DNA of 64,000 nt, from the IMG/VR virus record IMGVR_UViG_3300024294_000597, one strand, 5' to 3'. Positions 1 through 9,966 of the stretch are shown here, one piece after another (position 1 is the first letter of the stretch; the number at the start of each line of letters is the position of its first letter). Under the pieces are notes generated by a model. The model made no database searches, was not told the DNA's origin, and saw only the letters and a program-made list of their open reading frames with translations. Made by a program: the position numbers and the translations under genes. This DNA comes from a virus.

Positions 1-307
1 ATCCTTCGAAACTAGAACCTAGCATAAGAATAAATCCTGCTACAGTTCCAATCATACCCAATGCTAACATACTTTCTGAGATAAACCATCCAATGCCTAA
101 TCCGGCTTCAATGGACTCACCTTTATTATGTTGAATAGTTAGCTTACCTATATATAGGCTTGCAAAAAAATATAATCCTATAATACCGAAACTAATTTTT
201 GTAATATCTTTTTCGTATAACTCATGGAATATTCCAAAGTAATGAGCGATACCCATTACAGTCAGTGATATACAAAAGAATAACCACCACCTAAGTGTCT
301 TTGACAT
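1..307 (-). CDS. MotA/TolQ/ExbB proton-channel family membrane protein (3' end runs off the window; not in the ORF track)
   Basis: Manual translation from ATG at 307: MSKTLRWWLFFCISL...WFISESMLALGMIGTVAGFILMLGSSFEG. Several TM segments and a LGxxGTVxG motif. Confidence 0.7.
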   Translation of the reverse strand, partial: MSKTLRWWLFFCISLTVMGIAHYFGIFHELYEKDITKISFGIIGLYFFASLYIGKLTIQHNKGESIEAGLGIGWFISESMLALGMIGTVAGFILMLGSSFEG

Positions 308-319
308 GTCTTATTTTTC

Positions 320-559
320 CTATAATTTATCAACATGCTCCTGAACGCATTGAATGGCATCACCAATCGTGTGGATTAGGTTTGCGTATTCATCTTCAAT
401 CGCAATACCATAGAATTCTTCCACTTCAAATACAATTTCAACTGTATCGATACTATCAGCACCTAAGTCTTTTTTGAGATTTGTTTCATCATTCAAGTCA
501 GTAACTTGTTTTTTCAATTTACGTGCAACTATTTCATACACTTTGTCTTTTACTACCAT
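320..559 (-). CDS. acpP: Acyl carrier protein
   Basis: 79 aa, acidic, with the LGADSIDTVEIV phosphopantetheine Ser motif and EEFYGIAI helix pattern. Confidence 0.92.
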   Translation of the reverse strand: MVVKDKVYEIVARKLKKQVTDLNDETNLKKDLGADSIDTVEIVFEVEEFYGIAIEDEYANLIHTIGDAIQCVQEHVDKL

Positions 560-581
560 TATTCCCTGTAAGTCCTCTTAG

Positions 582-914
582 TTATACTGAAAAGCTACTA
601 CCACACCCACATGTAGTACTCGCTCCTGGGTTATCGATTACAAATCTATCACCTTGTAGACTTGAAATGTAATCTACTTTTGCATCTGCTAGATACATAA
701 TGCTCATACTATCTACTACTAACTTTACGCCATTAGTCTCGTAAATACTATCATCATCTTTAAGTTCTTTTTCAAAACCAAAACCATAACTGAAACCATG
801 ACACCCACCGCCTTCAACAAACACTCTTAGTGCAGTATCAACCGATTCTCCCTGTTCAGTAATAATTTCTTCAACACGTTCTGCCGCTTTTTCTGTAAAA
901 ATCATACTCGCCAT
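582..914 (-). CDS. erpA: A-type Fe-S carrier, ErpA/HesB family
   Basis: LRVFVEGGGCHGFSYGF, LVVDSMS and C-terminal CGCGSSF. Confidence 0.9.
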   Translation of the reverse strand: MASMIFTEKAAERVEEIITEQGESVDTALRVFVEGGGCHGFSYGFGFEKELKDDDSIYETNGVKLVVDSMSIMYLADAKVDYISSLQGDRFVIDNPGASTTCGCGSSFSV

Positions 915-1630
915 ACCTTTATATCTCTGGACTGTTTGCTATACATAGAGTATTTCAAATCATCGTCCGTTGATTTAATTGAATAATCAACAGGGCCACC
1001 TGTCAAATATTCTTTATTATTCTTACTTTGGTACCACTTAAGACTTTCATCTGGATAGCCAATACCTAAACTGTAAGTTAAGTTATTATCTTCTGGTTTG
1101 ATGCCTAACACTTCTCCCCATACTTCTTGACTATGCTTAGGTTCTTCTATGTAACCAAAGTTTTTTCCATAACCTGTAACATATCCCATTTGGTTTGCAC
1201 TAAATGCCACTATGCCACTGGCTATACCAATCGATGTAAATGCATTATCCCATCTGCTTGATGCATTTGGGTCTCTTACACTTCCATCTTTTTCGTTATT
1301 ACGAATTTCTTCTTCATTCATTTTTCTATTAAAAACAAATAAACAATTTGCACCCATTTGAGGATTTCTTCCTACCCAATCTTTTACGCCTGGAATCATA
1401 GTGAAGCCCCATGAATGATCCTTGCATAGATAGTCTATCTTTTCTCTATCAGTAACAACATACAAATCAAAGAAACTTTCATCTTGCTTCGAAGGTGCCG
1501 TAGTTGCTAGATAGACCCAATGGTCTATGTGGTCTTCATTAACTTTTTTAGAAAGGTCCCAGTTTCGTTGACACCTACGTGCTTGATTAATTGCATTTCT
1601 TTCTGCAATCATTTTTTCTTCGTTGGTCAT
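902..1630 (-). CDS. Nitroreductase-family flavoprotein (likely start ATG 1630, overlapping the upstream stop)
   Basis: RRCQRNWD, APSKQ, IGIASGIVAFSANQMGYVTG and SLGIGYP nitroreductase-fold motifs. Confidence 0.7.
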   Translation of the reverse strand: MTNEEKMIAERNAINQARRCQRNWDLSKKVNEDHIDHWVYLATTAPSKQDESFFDLYVVTDREKIDYLCKDHSWGFTMIPGVKDWVGRNPQMGANCLFVFNRKMNEEEIRNNEKDGSVRDPNASSRWDNAFTSIGIASGIVAFSANQMGYVTGYGKNFGYIEEPKHSQEVWGEVLGIKPEDNNLTYSLGIGYPDESLKWYQSKNNKEYLTGGPVDYSIKSTDDDLKYSMYSKQSRDIKVWRV

Positions 1631-1956
1631 ACTGTAAAACTCTCCCCACAACCACATCGTGCTTTTTCATTTGGATTGCTTACAAGTTCAAAATGCGAAC
1701 TCATACTTTTCTCATCAGTAACATAATCCAATGTTGCTTCATCGATAGTGTGAAAATATTTATGCTCTACTAGTATATCAAAATCGCTATACTTTATAGC
1801 AAAGTCATCAGTTATATTAAAATTGTCATCTAATTGCACTTCATACATAAAGCCAGTACATCCTGCAGTTTTGATATGCAATCTTACATGTTTCTCTGGG
1901 TTTTGTGACAGCCAAGTTCTAATTCGTTGAGTGGCGTTATCTGTTAAATACAACAT
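1627..1956 (-). CDS. iscA: A-type Fe-S carrier, IscA/SufA family
   Basis: TAGCTGFMY and NPNEKARCGCGESF. Confidence 0.85.
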   Translation of the reverse strand: MLYLTDNATQRIRTWLSQNPEKHVRLHIKTAGCTGFMYEVQLDDNFNITDDFAIKYSDFDILVEHKYFHTIDEATLDYVTDEKSMSSHFELVSNPNEKARCGCGESFTV

Positions 1957-2476
1957 ATGTTATCCCCTCCTCAATGTTTTCTTTTTTAGACTTTGCGTCT
2001 TGATGAATTTGTGATATTTCATAAAATCTATTTAGTAATCCACTTGCTGTCCTGTAGTTTTGATAAACATCGATACTTTGTTCTATTTGGTCTTTGATAA
2101 ATTGTGTCTGTTCTTTTAGTTCATCAATGAAGCTATTTATTTCGTCAATAGTAACCTGTTCTTCTAACTGCAACTTCAACTGATTAATAAACATCATATC
2201 ATCAGGTCTTGCACCGTCTCTGAAATCATTTTCATGGCCCATTAGTTCAAGAATATACCTCGCACGTTGTATTGGATCTGCAAGAGTTTCAAAGGCTCTA
2301 TTTGCAAATGATAATCTATCTTGACCTATGAATGATGCATCTTTTCTGAGTATCGTAATTATTTTTTTATAGTGTGTAGTAAGACTACGCACACTTATAC
2401 CCTGCTTCTCATCGATGCCAAAGAACTTAAAGTAGTTCTTTTCTTCAAGACCATATATTCGTTTTATTCCAGACAT
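1937..2476 (-). CDS. hscB: HscB-like co-chaperone with a degenerate J-domain (no HPD)
   Basis: NYFKFFG, ANRAFETLADPIQRARYILELMG and an acidic helical C-terminus; adjacent to iscA. Confidence 0.7.
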   Translation of the reverse strand: MSGIKRIYGLEEKNYFKFFGIDEKQGISVRSLTTHYKKIITILRKDASFIGQDRLSFANRAFETLADPIQRARYILELMGHENDFRDGARPDDMMFINQLKLQLEEQVTIDEINSFIDELKEQTQFIKDQIEQSIDVYQNYRTASGLLNRFYEISQIHQDAKSKKENIEEGITYVVFNR

Positions 2477-2519
2477 TTTTTATACCTATATTCTATAATA
2501 TATCATTTGAGACACAAAG

Positions 2520-2987
2520 TCAAGTCGAAAAATCAATATTTTTTAACTTTTCAGTAAGTTCATGGTATGGTCGTAATCTTGGATCTGTCTTGTCGTTTTG
2601 ATTAAATTGTAGACCATATCTCCAGCCTTCCTCTACTCGGCTAGAAACCCATCTATTGTGTCGCATTGATGATAAATCTATTTCGGTCTCACCCTCTGGG
2701 ATGTCAAATTTTTCACTGGTAGTAATTTCCATAGTAAAATCTTTATCAGTCCATTTTTGCAGTAGTTGTAATACAACTTCCGCCTCCGCTTCTGTGACGG
2801 CTCTATTCATACGAAAATCATATACGTGAAAATCATCAAGCATATGATACACTACTGCGGTACCGTCTTCTCTTGGTTCAAAGATATTGGCAATAGCTTT
2901 ATCCAGAACAGTAATCACGCCTTTAATATCGTGTTTATTCCATTCTTCTTTCATTGATAATCTAATGTGATGTTTGAACTGTGCCAT
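2520..2987 (-). CDS. Protein with a C-terminal RyR-repeat domain
   Basis: HNRWVSSRVEEGWRYG...KTDPRLRPYHELTE matches the RyR pattern HxxW-x6-GWxYG...KxHPxLxPYxxL. Confidence 0.7.
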   Translation of the reverse strand: MAQFKHHIRLSMKEEWNKHDIKGVITVLDKAIANIFEPREDGTAVVYHMLDDFHVYDFRMNRAVTEAEAEVVLQLLQKWTDKDFTMEITTSEKFDIPEGETEIDLSSMRHNRWVSSRVEEGWRYGLQFNQNDKTDPRLRPYHELTEKLKNIDFST

Positions 2988-3002
2988 ATCTAAATTCCAA
3001 TA

Positions 3003-3329
3003 TTAATATTCTTTCGGGCCTTTTGCCTCTTGTTTTTCTATAGCTGTATCTCTTGTATCTGATGCTTTCACCATTGTTGTTCCACTACGTACTTCAACTT
3101 GCTCAAACTTACTTGAACTTGAATTAACATATAAACCGAACCATGCCGCTCCAGCGCCTACAATTACTGATACCAATCCCGCTTGTTGTGTATTCGGGTC
3201 TGGTAGAGCCATAAACCATTGCGTCACATCATATAACAAATAAATGTACATACTAATAAACGCTCTTGGAAAAAGTCTCCATCTGCTAAAATATTCTGGT
3301 GCATTCCACCATATACTATTTCTATTCAT
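3003..3329 (-). CDS. Small two-TM membrane protein, possible holin
   Basis: Two hydrophobic segments and a charged C-tail; preceded by TAAATA at 3367-3372. Confidence 0.45.
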   Translation of the reverse strand: MNRNSIWWNAPEYFSRWRLFPRAFISMYIYLLYDVTQWFMALPDPNTQQAGLVSVIVGAGAAWFGLYVNSSSSKFEQVEVRSGTTMVKASDTRDTAIEKQEAKGPKEY

Positions 3330-3433
3330 TTCTTTATCCTCGCCTTTGATTATCTCTTATCATATGTATTTATCATTTGGAAATGGTGAGGTTGCGTGAA
3401 TAGAGGGATTAATCTCATTAAATTATGCAGTGA

Positions 3434-4048
3434 TTATGGTCTGACAAACCAATCTATTCGGGTGATATCAAGACCGGCAGTCGGCCTAGGTTCAGTATTA
3501 AGATATTTACAAAAATTAAGATAAGACTCATCTAAGTTATTAGGGTCACGCATTTTACCCCAATTCCAAAAATCATTGATATGCAACTTATAATGATTAT
3601 AACCTTTGATTTCTAATAACCATTGTTTATATTCTTTTCGATTGGGAGCATCTATTACTCTATGTGGATTATTTTGATTTGAACGATGATGCAGATGTTC
3701 TAAGTCTGGTATAATAACTATTGGCTTGGTAGTTGATGCATCTGCATCAAGCACCTGATGAGGAACTTGCGATTTAACGGCTATATCATAATTATTAAGT
3801 ATAGCATCTTGTGTGGATTTAGAGATAGGTCTAGGGCTTTTTTTATTTAATACTAAATTTAAATCTTTATCTACATGCAAAGGCCCATCTAATTGCCGTG
3901 CGATACCAGTATCATTAATAGAAAAGGCTGTTGGTACTTGATAAAAGTTTCTATGTAGATTTATAAAATGACAAACTACACTCCCATAAGACCCAGGCCA
4001 AAAGACAACTGGATAAATCATTACGGAGTATCCGCTACTGAGCCCCAA
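3434..4048 (-). CDS. Hypothetical protein, possibly a divergent P-loop/sulfotransferase-like fold
   Basis: N-terminal VVFWPGSYGS loop; fills the gap on the coding strand. Confidence 0.4.
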   Translation of the reverse strand: MGLSSGYSVMIYPVVFWPGSYGSVVCHFINLHRNFYQVPTAFSINDTGIARQLDGPLHVDKDLNLVLNKKSPRPISKSTQDAILNNYDIAVKSQVPHQVLDADASTTKPIVIIPDLEHLHHRSNQNNPHRVIDAPNRKEYKQWLLEIKGYNHYKLHINDFWNWGKMRDPNNLDESYLNFCKYLNTEPRPTAGLDITRIDWFVRP

Positions 4049-4812
4049 TCATCTGGCACATCGATGTTAATCCAACTACTGCCGTTATATCCTTCAAATC
4101 TACTAGTAGTTGAATTGAATCTAACCATACCTGATGTTGCTGAACCTGGTCTTTGTGCAGTTGTTCCTACTGGAAATTGTAAAGCGCCTGTAGCCGACGA
4201 ACCAACTGTGCCTGATGTATAAACATCATTCCAAGTTTTAGTACTTGAACCTAAATCATAAGTTGCATCTGCATCTGGAACAATGTTTGAAACAATTTCT
4301 GCCGATAGTGCCACTGTATCTGTGTCTGCATTACCGAATGTAAGATTACCAGTTATAGTTGCATTACCTGAAACTGTTAGATTGTCTGTTATAGAAACAT
4401 TACCAGAAAAATTAGCAGTATTTGTATTAGTATTTAAAGACCATACATCACCAGTATACCCATCATATTGTAATGGTGTTTCTGCGATAGAACCCCAATC
4501 ACTAGCAAGTCCGCCTACTACTTCGTGCGGTTTCCAACTTGAAGATGAAGAATCATATCTAAGTACATATCCATCTGCTAATCCGGTTAAGTCAACATCT
4601 TCTAATTCACCTATGTAGTCATGTGAGACTAACCATGATGATGAACTTCTATACTTAACTGTTTGTGTGTTTGTGTCAAACCAAATATCATTGTCTGCTA
4701 CTGCATAGCCTGATGTATTTGGGTCACTGGTTCCTTGATAAAGGGTTACTCCAGTTTTTCCTATTTTAAAGTAAGGTACGCTGGTACCTTTTGCGTTTAA
4801 TGTTACTGCCAT
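4021..4812 (-). CDS. Virion structural / fibre-associated protein
   Basis: IVPDADATYDLGS, PVGTTAQRP...GMVRFNSTTSRFEGY and LEDVD..DGYVLRYD repeats typical of phage fibres. Confidence 0.7.
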   Translation of the reverse strand: MAVTLNAKGTSVPYFKIGKTGVTLYQGTSDPNTSGYAVADNDIWFDTNTQTVKYRSSSSWLVSHDYIGELEDVDLTGLADGYVLRYDSSSSSWKPHEVVGGLASDWGSIAETPLQYDGYTGDVWSLNTNTNTANFSGNVSITDNLTVSGNATITGNLTFGNADTDTVALSAEIVSNIVPDADATYDLGSSTKTWNDVYTSGTVGSSATGALQFPVGTTAQRPGSATSGMVRFNSTTSRFEGYNGSSWINIDVPDDWGSVADTP

Positions 4813-4908
4813 ATCTTCCTCAACGTTCTGTTTTTTTAAAGTCAGTGATTTCTCACTGTCGTTAAGTTATAGTATTACTTATCTATTTATCATAATTGTC
4901 AGAAAGGC

Positions 4909-4940
4909 AAAAAAAAGAGGGGACCCTTTCGGACCCCCTC
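4909..4940 (-). terminator. Rho-independent terminator after the 1594-aa gene
   Basis: Minus strand GAGGGGGTCC-GAAA-GGGTCCCCTC followed by T8. Confidence 0.85.
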
Positions 4941-4967
4941 CCTTATATAGTATATAACAAGTCTAAC

Positions 4968-7900
4968 TTAGATTTGCTTGTACTCTGCTGTTACAATAAC
5001 ATTACCAGTTGATGGTGAAGCACTTGATCCACCGTTACCGATAGATGCTGTTAGTGTTGCGCCACCTGAGGTTGCTGTTTCGTAACCTAGTTCCATAACA
5101 TAGATTCCACCTTCTGATAGATCCACGTCATTAACGCCTACTAGTGTATTTGTACCATCTGAGACAGTTAGTTCATCTGCGCCTACGAAAGCAGTTGTAA
5201 CTTTTACAGTTATTTTGTTAACGTAGTAAGATTTACCAGATACATTAGCGATTGCGCCTACAGTGAATGATGAAGAACCATTCGCCGCAAATGCTACACG
5301 CTTAACTCTGTCGTCTGAACCAGCAGTTGATGAATCAACGTATGATTTAGTAACAAAAGTCTCAGCCGCGCCACCTGACATGTCATAGCCGCTTGGAGCA
5401 ACTACAAGACCGTCACCTTTTGGTGCTAGTGTAATATTAACATCTGTTGATGAACCAACACCTGCTAATTGTACTGAGCCTGTACCGTTTGTCATTGTAA
5501 AGTTATCAGCCGCTGATGATGTCTCTACGAATGTAGCGATAGCTGTATCATCTGCACCTTTAACTTGTACATTACCGTCTGCTGAACCACCGTTACCACC
5601 TTTGATGATAACTGCGCCAGAGGCACCAGAAGCCGAACCGTTACCACCTTTGATAACTAAGTCACCTGCCGCACCTGATGATGAATCACCACCTGATACT
5701 GTTAGGTCTGTATCTGCTTCACCCTGAATTAGAGCTTCACCTGATTGACCTACGATGAATACATCACCACCGTTCTGACCTTGTAGATACATATCTACAG
5801 CGCCTGAACCTGATGCATTTTTGGCTGTTAGTGTTAACTTGCCAGAAGCGTTAGTTAAGTCTAGGAATTCTGCTGTTCCTGATGAGGCGTTTGCCGCATC
5901 TACAACTTTAACACCTGATGAGTTACGTACTTGCTGAATGTATTCCATTGCAAGTGCTGAACCGTCTGATGTCATTACTTTGTTGTCTGAACCTGCAGAA
6001 GTGATACCTGTACCACCATTTGCGATTGGTAAAGTTCCGTCAACGTCTGCTGTTAAATCAACTTTAGCGTAACCTAGAGCACCTGAGCCATTGACTTTAA
6101 GTACTGTTGAGTTTGCGCCTAGAGCCATTTCAGTCACGCCGCCTGAGCCGTCCATAGTCATTAATGATGATGCCGCATAACCTGATGTATCAGTGTGCGT
6201 ACCACCCATTGACAATGGAAGTGCCTCTGCTAGTGTGATTTCGTTAACAGTTAGGTCGTTGATAGTTAAGTCAGCTTTAGCTGAACCTACATTCATTTCG
6301 AATGCATCTGATGTTTCATTCCATAGGATTGAAGCATTATCAGAAGTACCACGATTGACTTCTACGCCACCGTTTTCGCTTGGAGCACCAGTTTCATTTG
6401 AGTTTAGAACAATAGTGTTGTCTTCGATGTTTACTGTTTCTGATAGAGTAGTAGTTACTGAACCTGAAACTGTTAAGTCACCGTTTACAACCGCATTGCC
6501 TGTTACACTCAATGAAGCTAGAGTTGAAGCACCAGCGTCAAGTGTATTTGTACCTAAGTCAAGGTTAACACCGAATGTAGCATCTGTATCGTCTAATGTC
6601 AATACTGTTGCTGATGTTCCTGTGTCATCGATACCTGTTGAAGCAAAGTTTGAAACAGTACCACCGTCGATTGCGTCACCAGAGATTTGGTCGTTAGCAA
6701 CTGTTAGAGTACCTGAAGATACATCTAATGTCTTGCCTGCACCAACTGTGATATCGTAACCACCGATTGTGTTTCCTGTAGTACCAGCTAATGAAGCCGC
6801 TGAAATTGTACCACCATGTACTTTATCACCATTGATTGCATCAGCATCTAATGTTAGAGTCTGACCGCTCATGTCAACATCCGTACCTGAGATATCACCG
6901 CCAGTAATAGTAGCGTTACCTGAGTTTAGGGCTGTTGCTGTAACTGTTGCCAACGAAGCTGTTCCGCCTGTTAGTGTTACATTGTTTGAAGATAAAGTTG
7001 AGAAAGTACCAGCCGCCGAAGTAGCCGCACCGATAACAACACCGTCAATAGCACCACCGTCAAAGTCTACAACTGATGAAGTCAAGTTTGCACCTGAAAT
7101 CGCACCACCTGTGATTTGAGCGTTGGCTGTAGTTACTGTTGAACCGGTTACTGCCGCTGGAGTAGTTCCACCGATAATAGTTCCGTCAATAGCACCGCCA
7201 TTTACGTCAACTGAGTCAGATTTCATAGTTGTGAATGTTGCGGCCGCTGATGCGTTAGCACCAATAATTGCTCCGTCAACTGCACCACCATTGATGTCTG
7301 CTGAGTCTGTTGTCATTGTTGAGAACGTAGCCGCCGCTGATGTACCAGCGCCGATTGTTGTTCCGTCTATTGCACCACCGTCGATATCTACTGTACCAGA
7401 AGACATTGTATTGATTGTGATAGCATTAATTGTACCACCTTCAATTTTGTCACCTGAGATTTGGTCATTTGCTAGAACCAGAGTACCAGCTGATAAATCT
7501 GCTGTATCTGATGCGCCTAGTGTTACACCACCAGTTAGAACACCGTCTTTAATTGATGCACCGTCGATTGTAATACCGTTACCTACTGTGTTTTCAGCTA
7601 AAGTATCCGCTTTTACTGTACCTGTGAAAGTTGCATCTGAACCTGTCACTGCATTATCAAATGTAATGCCTGCGCCGTTTGATAGTTCTGCGATGTTATC
7701 AACTGAGATTGAGTCCATTGCTTGTGAACCAATTTTTAGGTCTGCTAGTGCAGTGCCTACTTTGAATTCCCAAACGTCATCTGTCTCATTCCACTGTAGA
7801 GTTGCATTGTCGGCTGTACCTCTGTCAATCTCAATACCAGCTGTACCGGCTGTTACGCCTGCCGCTGTTTCACCGTTGTTTAGAACGATTGAGTTGTCAG

Positions 7901-9752
7901 TGATTTCAGTGTTAGTTGTGTTAATTGATGTTAGAGTACCGTTAACTGTTAAGTCACCAGTTACTGTTACATCACCACCGAATGAAGCATCACCGTTAGC
8001 ATCTAGTGTTAGTGCTGTTGATGTTGCATTATCATCGATACCTGTTGATGCGAAGTCGGAAATAGTTCCGCCATCGATTTTGTCACCTGAGATAGCATCG
8101 TTATCGAATGTCAGTGTTTGACCTGTCATATCGATTGATGTACCTGATACAGAACCACCTGTGATAGCCGCGCCTGCAGTTGTCATAGTTGAGAATGTAC
8201 CTGCCGCTGATGTAGATGCACCAATGATTGTTGCGTCTACTGTACCACCGTTAATGTCTGCGGTTGTCAATGTTGCGTCTGCGAATGTTGAAGTACCAGT
8301 TGCTGTTACGCCAGCATCTTTTAGTGATACGCCATCAATAGTAACACCATTACCTACAGTTTTTTCACTGATTGTGTCAACGTTTAGAGTATCAGTTGTT
8401 GTTGAACCTGCACCTGAGATGCCTGCACCAGCAACGTTAATACCTTGTGTTGTAACGATTAGTGAGTTGAAAGTAATGTCGCCACCGTTAGTGTACGCTT
8501 CGATTTCATCAACTTTTAGAGTTCCAGTTACGTTAGCATCTGCAAAAGTGGCATTCGCCGCCGTTGTAGCACCAATAACTGTTGCGTCAATGTTACCACC
8601 GTTAACGTCAACTGAGTCAGATGTCATTGTTGAGAATGTACCTGCCGCTGATGTTGTTGCACCGATGATTACGTTGTCCATTGCTGAACCTGCCGCACCG
8701 TCTACGTCTAGTGTTCCGTCAACGTCTAGTGTTTTACCAGCACCAACAGTTACATCAAACTGAGAGATAGTTACGCCTGTGCCACCTTGTAGGTTTGCAG
8801 AGTCGATTGTACCACCAGAAATAACGTCACCTGATAATTGGTCGTTTGCTAGAGTTAATGTACCACCTGATAGGTCTACAGTACCACCAGTAATTGCTAC
8901 TGAGTTAGCATCTTGTACAGACATTGAACCTAGGCCCAAGTTTGAACGTGCTGTAGCTTTACCTGATGTTTGTGATGCATCTACACCTAAGCCACCGTTG
9001 GCTAAGCCTAGAGCACCTGACACTGCATCTGATGATGTTAGGTCAACTGCGCCATATGCCACACCGCCTGAACCATCTGATAATAGTGATTGACCAGTTG
9101 TTGTAGTACCTTTGATTGTTAGTTCATCTGAACCATTAACCATGATGTAAGTACCATCAACGTTTACGTTTAGTGTATTACCTGCTTTTGATAAGGCGTC
9201 ACCAGCTGTGATTTGGCCTGTACCTGTAAATTTAGTGAATACGATGTTTGATGAACCAACTGTAATTGGACCATCAGAAGTCATAACGTAACCTTGGTCT
9301 GAGTTTACTGTACCTTCTTCAACAAAGAAGAATGCACCAACGAATTCGCCAGCCGCGTCCATGTCTGATGCTCTTGTTAGACCACTAGATGCATATTCGT
9401 AGATACCGTTTTCGCTTTGTGTTGTTTGATCCTTTAGAAGGACTCTGTCACCAGCATTTAAGTTTACACCGTCAAGTGTACTTGCTGGAGTAGAAATGTT
9501 TACGACACCAGTTGAAGCAACACGCACTGAGTCTTTTACATCAAGACCTTGTGCTACTGAATCAACATAGCTTTTGTTTGCCGCATGGTTGTCCGCTGTA
9601 GGTGTTGCTACGTTCATGTTGCCAAGTGTAGTACCGTCAGTTGTTACTTTGAACAGGGAATTACCTGAATCATATACAACACGACCGCCCGACTTACCGA
9701 ACTGAACATCAGCACCAATACCACGGATACCAAAGTTTTTAATGTCAGCCAT
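4968..9752 (-). CDS. Large Gly/Thr/Ser/Asp-rich virion protein (fibre or spike-like)
   Basis: GLDVKDSVRVA and GDRVLLKDQ N-terminal fibre module; repeated DINGGAIDGTxIGA units; two DNxIVLN..GxExxRGT..WNE modules; SD AAGGAG. Confidence 0.75.
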   Translation of the reverse strand: MADIKNFGIRGIGADVQFGKSGGRVVYDSGNSLFKVTTDGTTLGNMNVATPTADNHAANKSYVDSVAQGLDVKDSVRVASTGVVNISTPASTLDGVNLNAGDRVLLKDQTTQSENGIYEYASSGLTRASDMDAAGEFVGAFFFVEEGTVNSDQGYVMTSDGPITVGSSNIVFTKFTGTGQITAGDALSKAGNTLNVNVDGTYIMVNGSDELTIKGTTTTGQSLLSDGSGGVAYGAVDLTSSDAVSGALGLANGGLGVDASQTSGKATARSNLGLGSMSVQDANSVAITGGTVDLSGGTLTLANDQLSGDVISGGTIDSANLQGGTGVTISQFDVTVGAGKTLDVDGTLDVDGAAGSAMDNVIIGATTSAAGTFSTMTSDSVDVNGGNIDATVIGATTAANATFADANVTGTLKVDEIEAYTNGGDITFNSLIVTTQGINVAGAGISGAGSTTTDTLNVDTISEKTVGNGVTIDGVSLKDAGVTATGTSTFADATLTTADINGGTVDATIIGASTSAAGTFSTMTTAGAAITGGSVSGTSIDMTGQTLTFDNDAISGDKIDGGTISDFASTGIDDNATSTALTLDANGDASFGGDVTVTGDLTVNGTLTSINTTNTEITDNSIVLNNGETAAGVTAGTAGIEIDRGTADNATLQWNETDDVWEFKVGTALADLKIGSQAMDSISVDNIAELSNGAGITFDNAVTGSDATFTGTVKADTLAENTVGNGITIDGASIKDGVLTGGVTLGASDTADLSAGTLVLANDQISGDKIEGGTINAITINTMSSGTVDIDGGAIDGTTIGAGTSAAATFSTMTTDSADINGGAVDGAIIGANASAAATFTTMKSDSVDVNGGAIDGTIIGGTTPAAVTGSTVTTANAQITGGAISGANLTSSVVDFDGGAIDGVVIGAATSAAGTFSTLSSNNVTLTGGTASLATVTATALNSGNATITGGDISGTDVDMSGQTLTLDADAINGDKVHGGTISAASLAGTTGNTIGGYDITVGAGKTLDVSSGTLTVANDQISGDAIDGGTVSNFASTGIDDTGTSATVLTLDDTDATFGVNLDLGTNTLDAGASTLASLSVTGNAVVNGDLTVSGSVTTTLSETVNIEDNTIVLNSNETGAPSENGGVEVNRGTSDNASILWNETSDAFEMNVGSAKADLTINDLTVNEITLAEALPLSMGGTHTDTSGYAASSLMTMDGSGGVTEMALGANSTVLKVNGSGALGYAKVDLTADVDGTLPIANGGTGITSAGSDNKVMTSDGSALAMEYIQQVRNSSGVKVVDAANASSGTAEFLDLTNASGKLTLTAKNASGSGAVDMYLQGQNGGDVFIVGQSGEALIQGEADTDLTVSGGDSSSGAAGDLVIKGGNGSASGASGAVIIKGGNGGSADGNVQVKGADDTAIATFVETSSAADNFTMTNGTGSVQLAGVGSSTDVNITLAPKGDGLVVAPSGYDMSGGAAETFVTKSYVDSSTAGSDDRVKRVAFAANGSSSFTVGAIANVSGKSYYVNKITVKVTTAFVGADELTVSDGTNTLVGVNDVDLSEGGIYVMELGYETATSGGATLTASIGNGGSSASPSTGNVIVTAEYKQI

Positions 9753-9966
9753 AATTTGTTTCTCCTTAGAATAATAGCTTATTAAGGTTAAGACATATAA
9801 TATTGAATATACAATACGCCTATCTATATTTTCTCAATTTTATTTGAAATGTAATTACCGGAAGAAACCTCAGTAATGATAAGAGATTAAGAACATCAGG
9901 CGAAAGCCCGGTAAAACTCTTACTGATAGTATTTAGCTGTTAGATTAGTTATGTTTTATACGTAGT

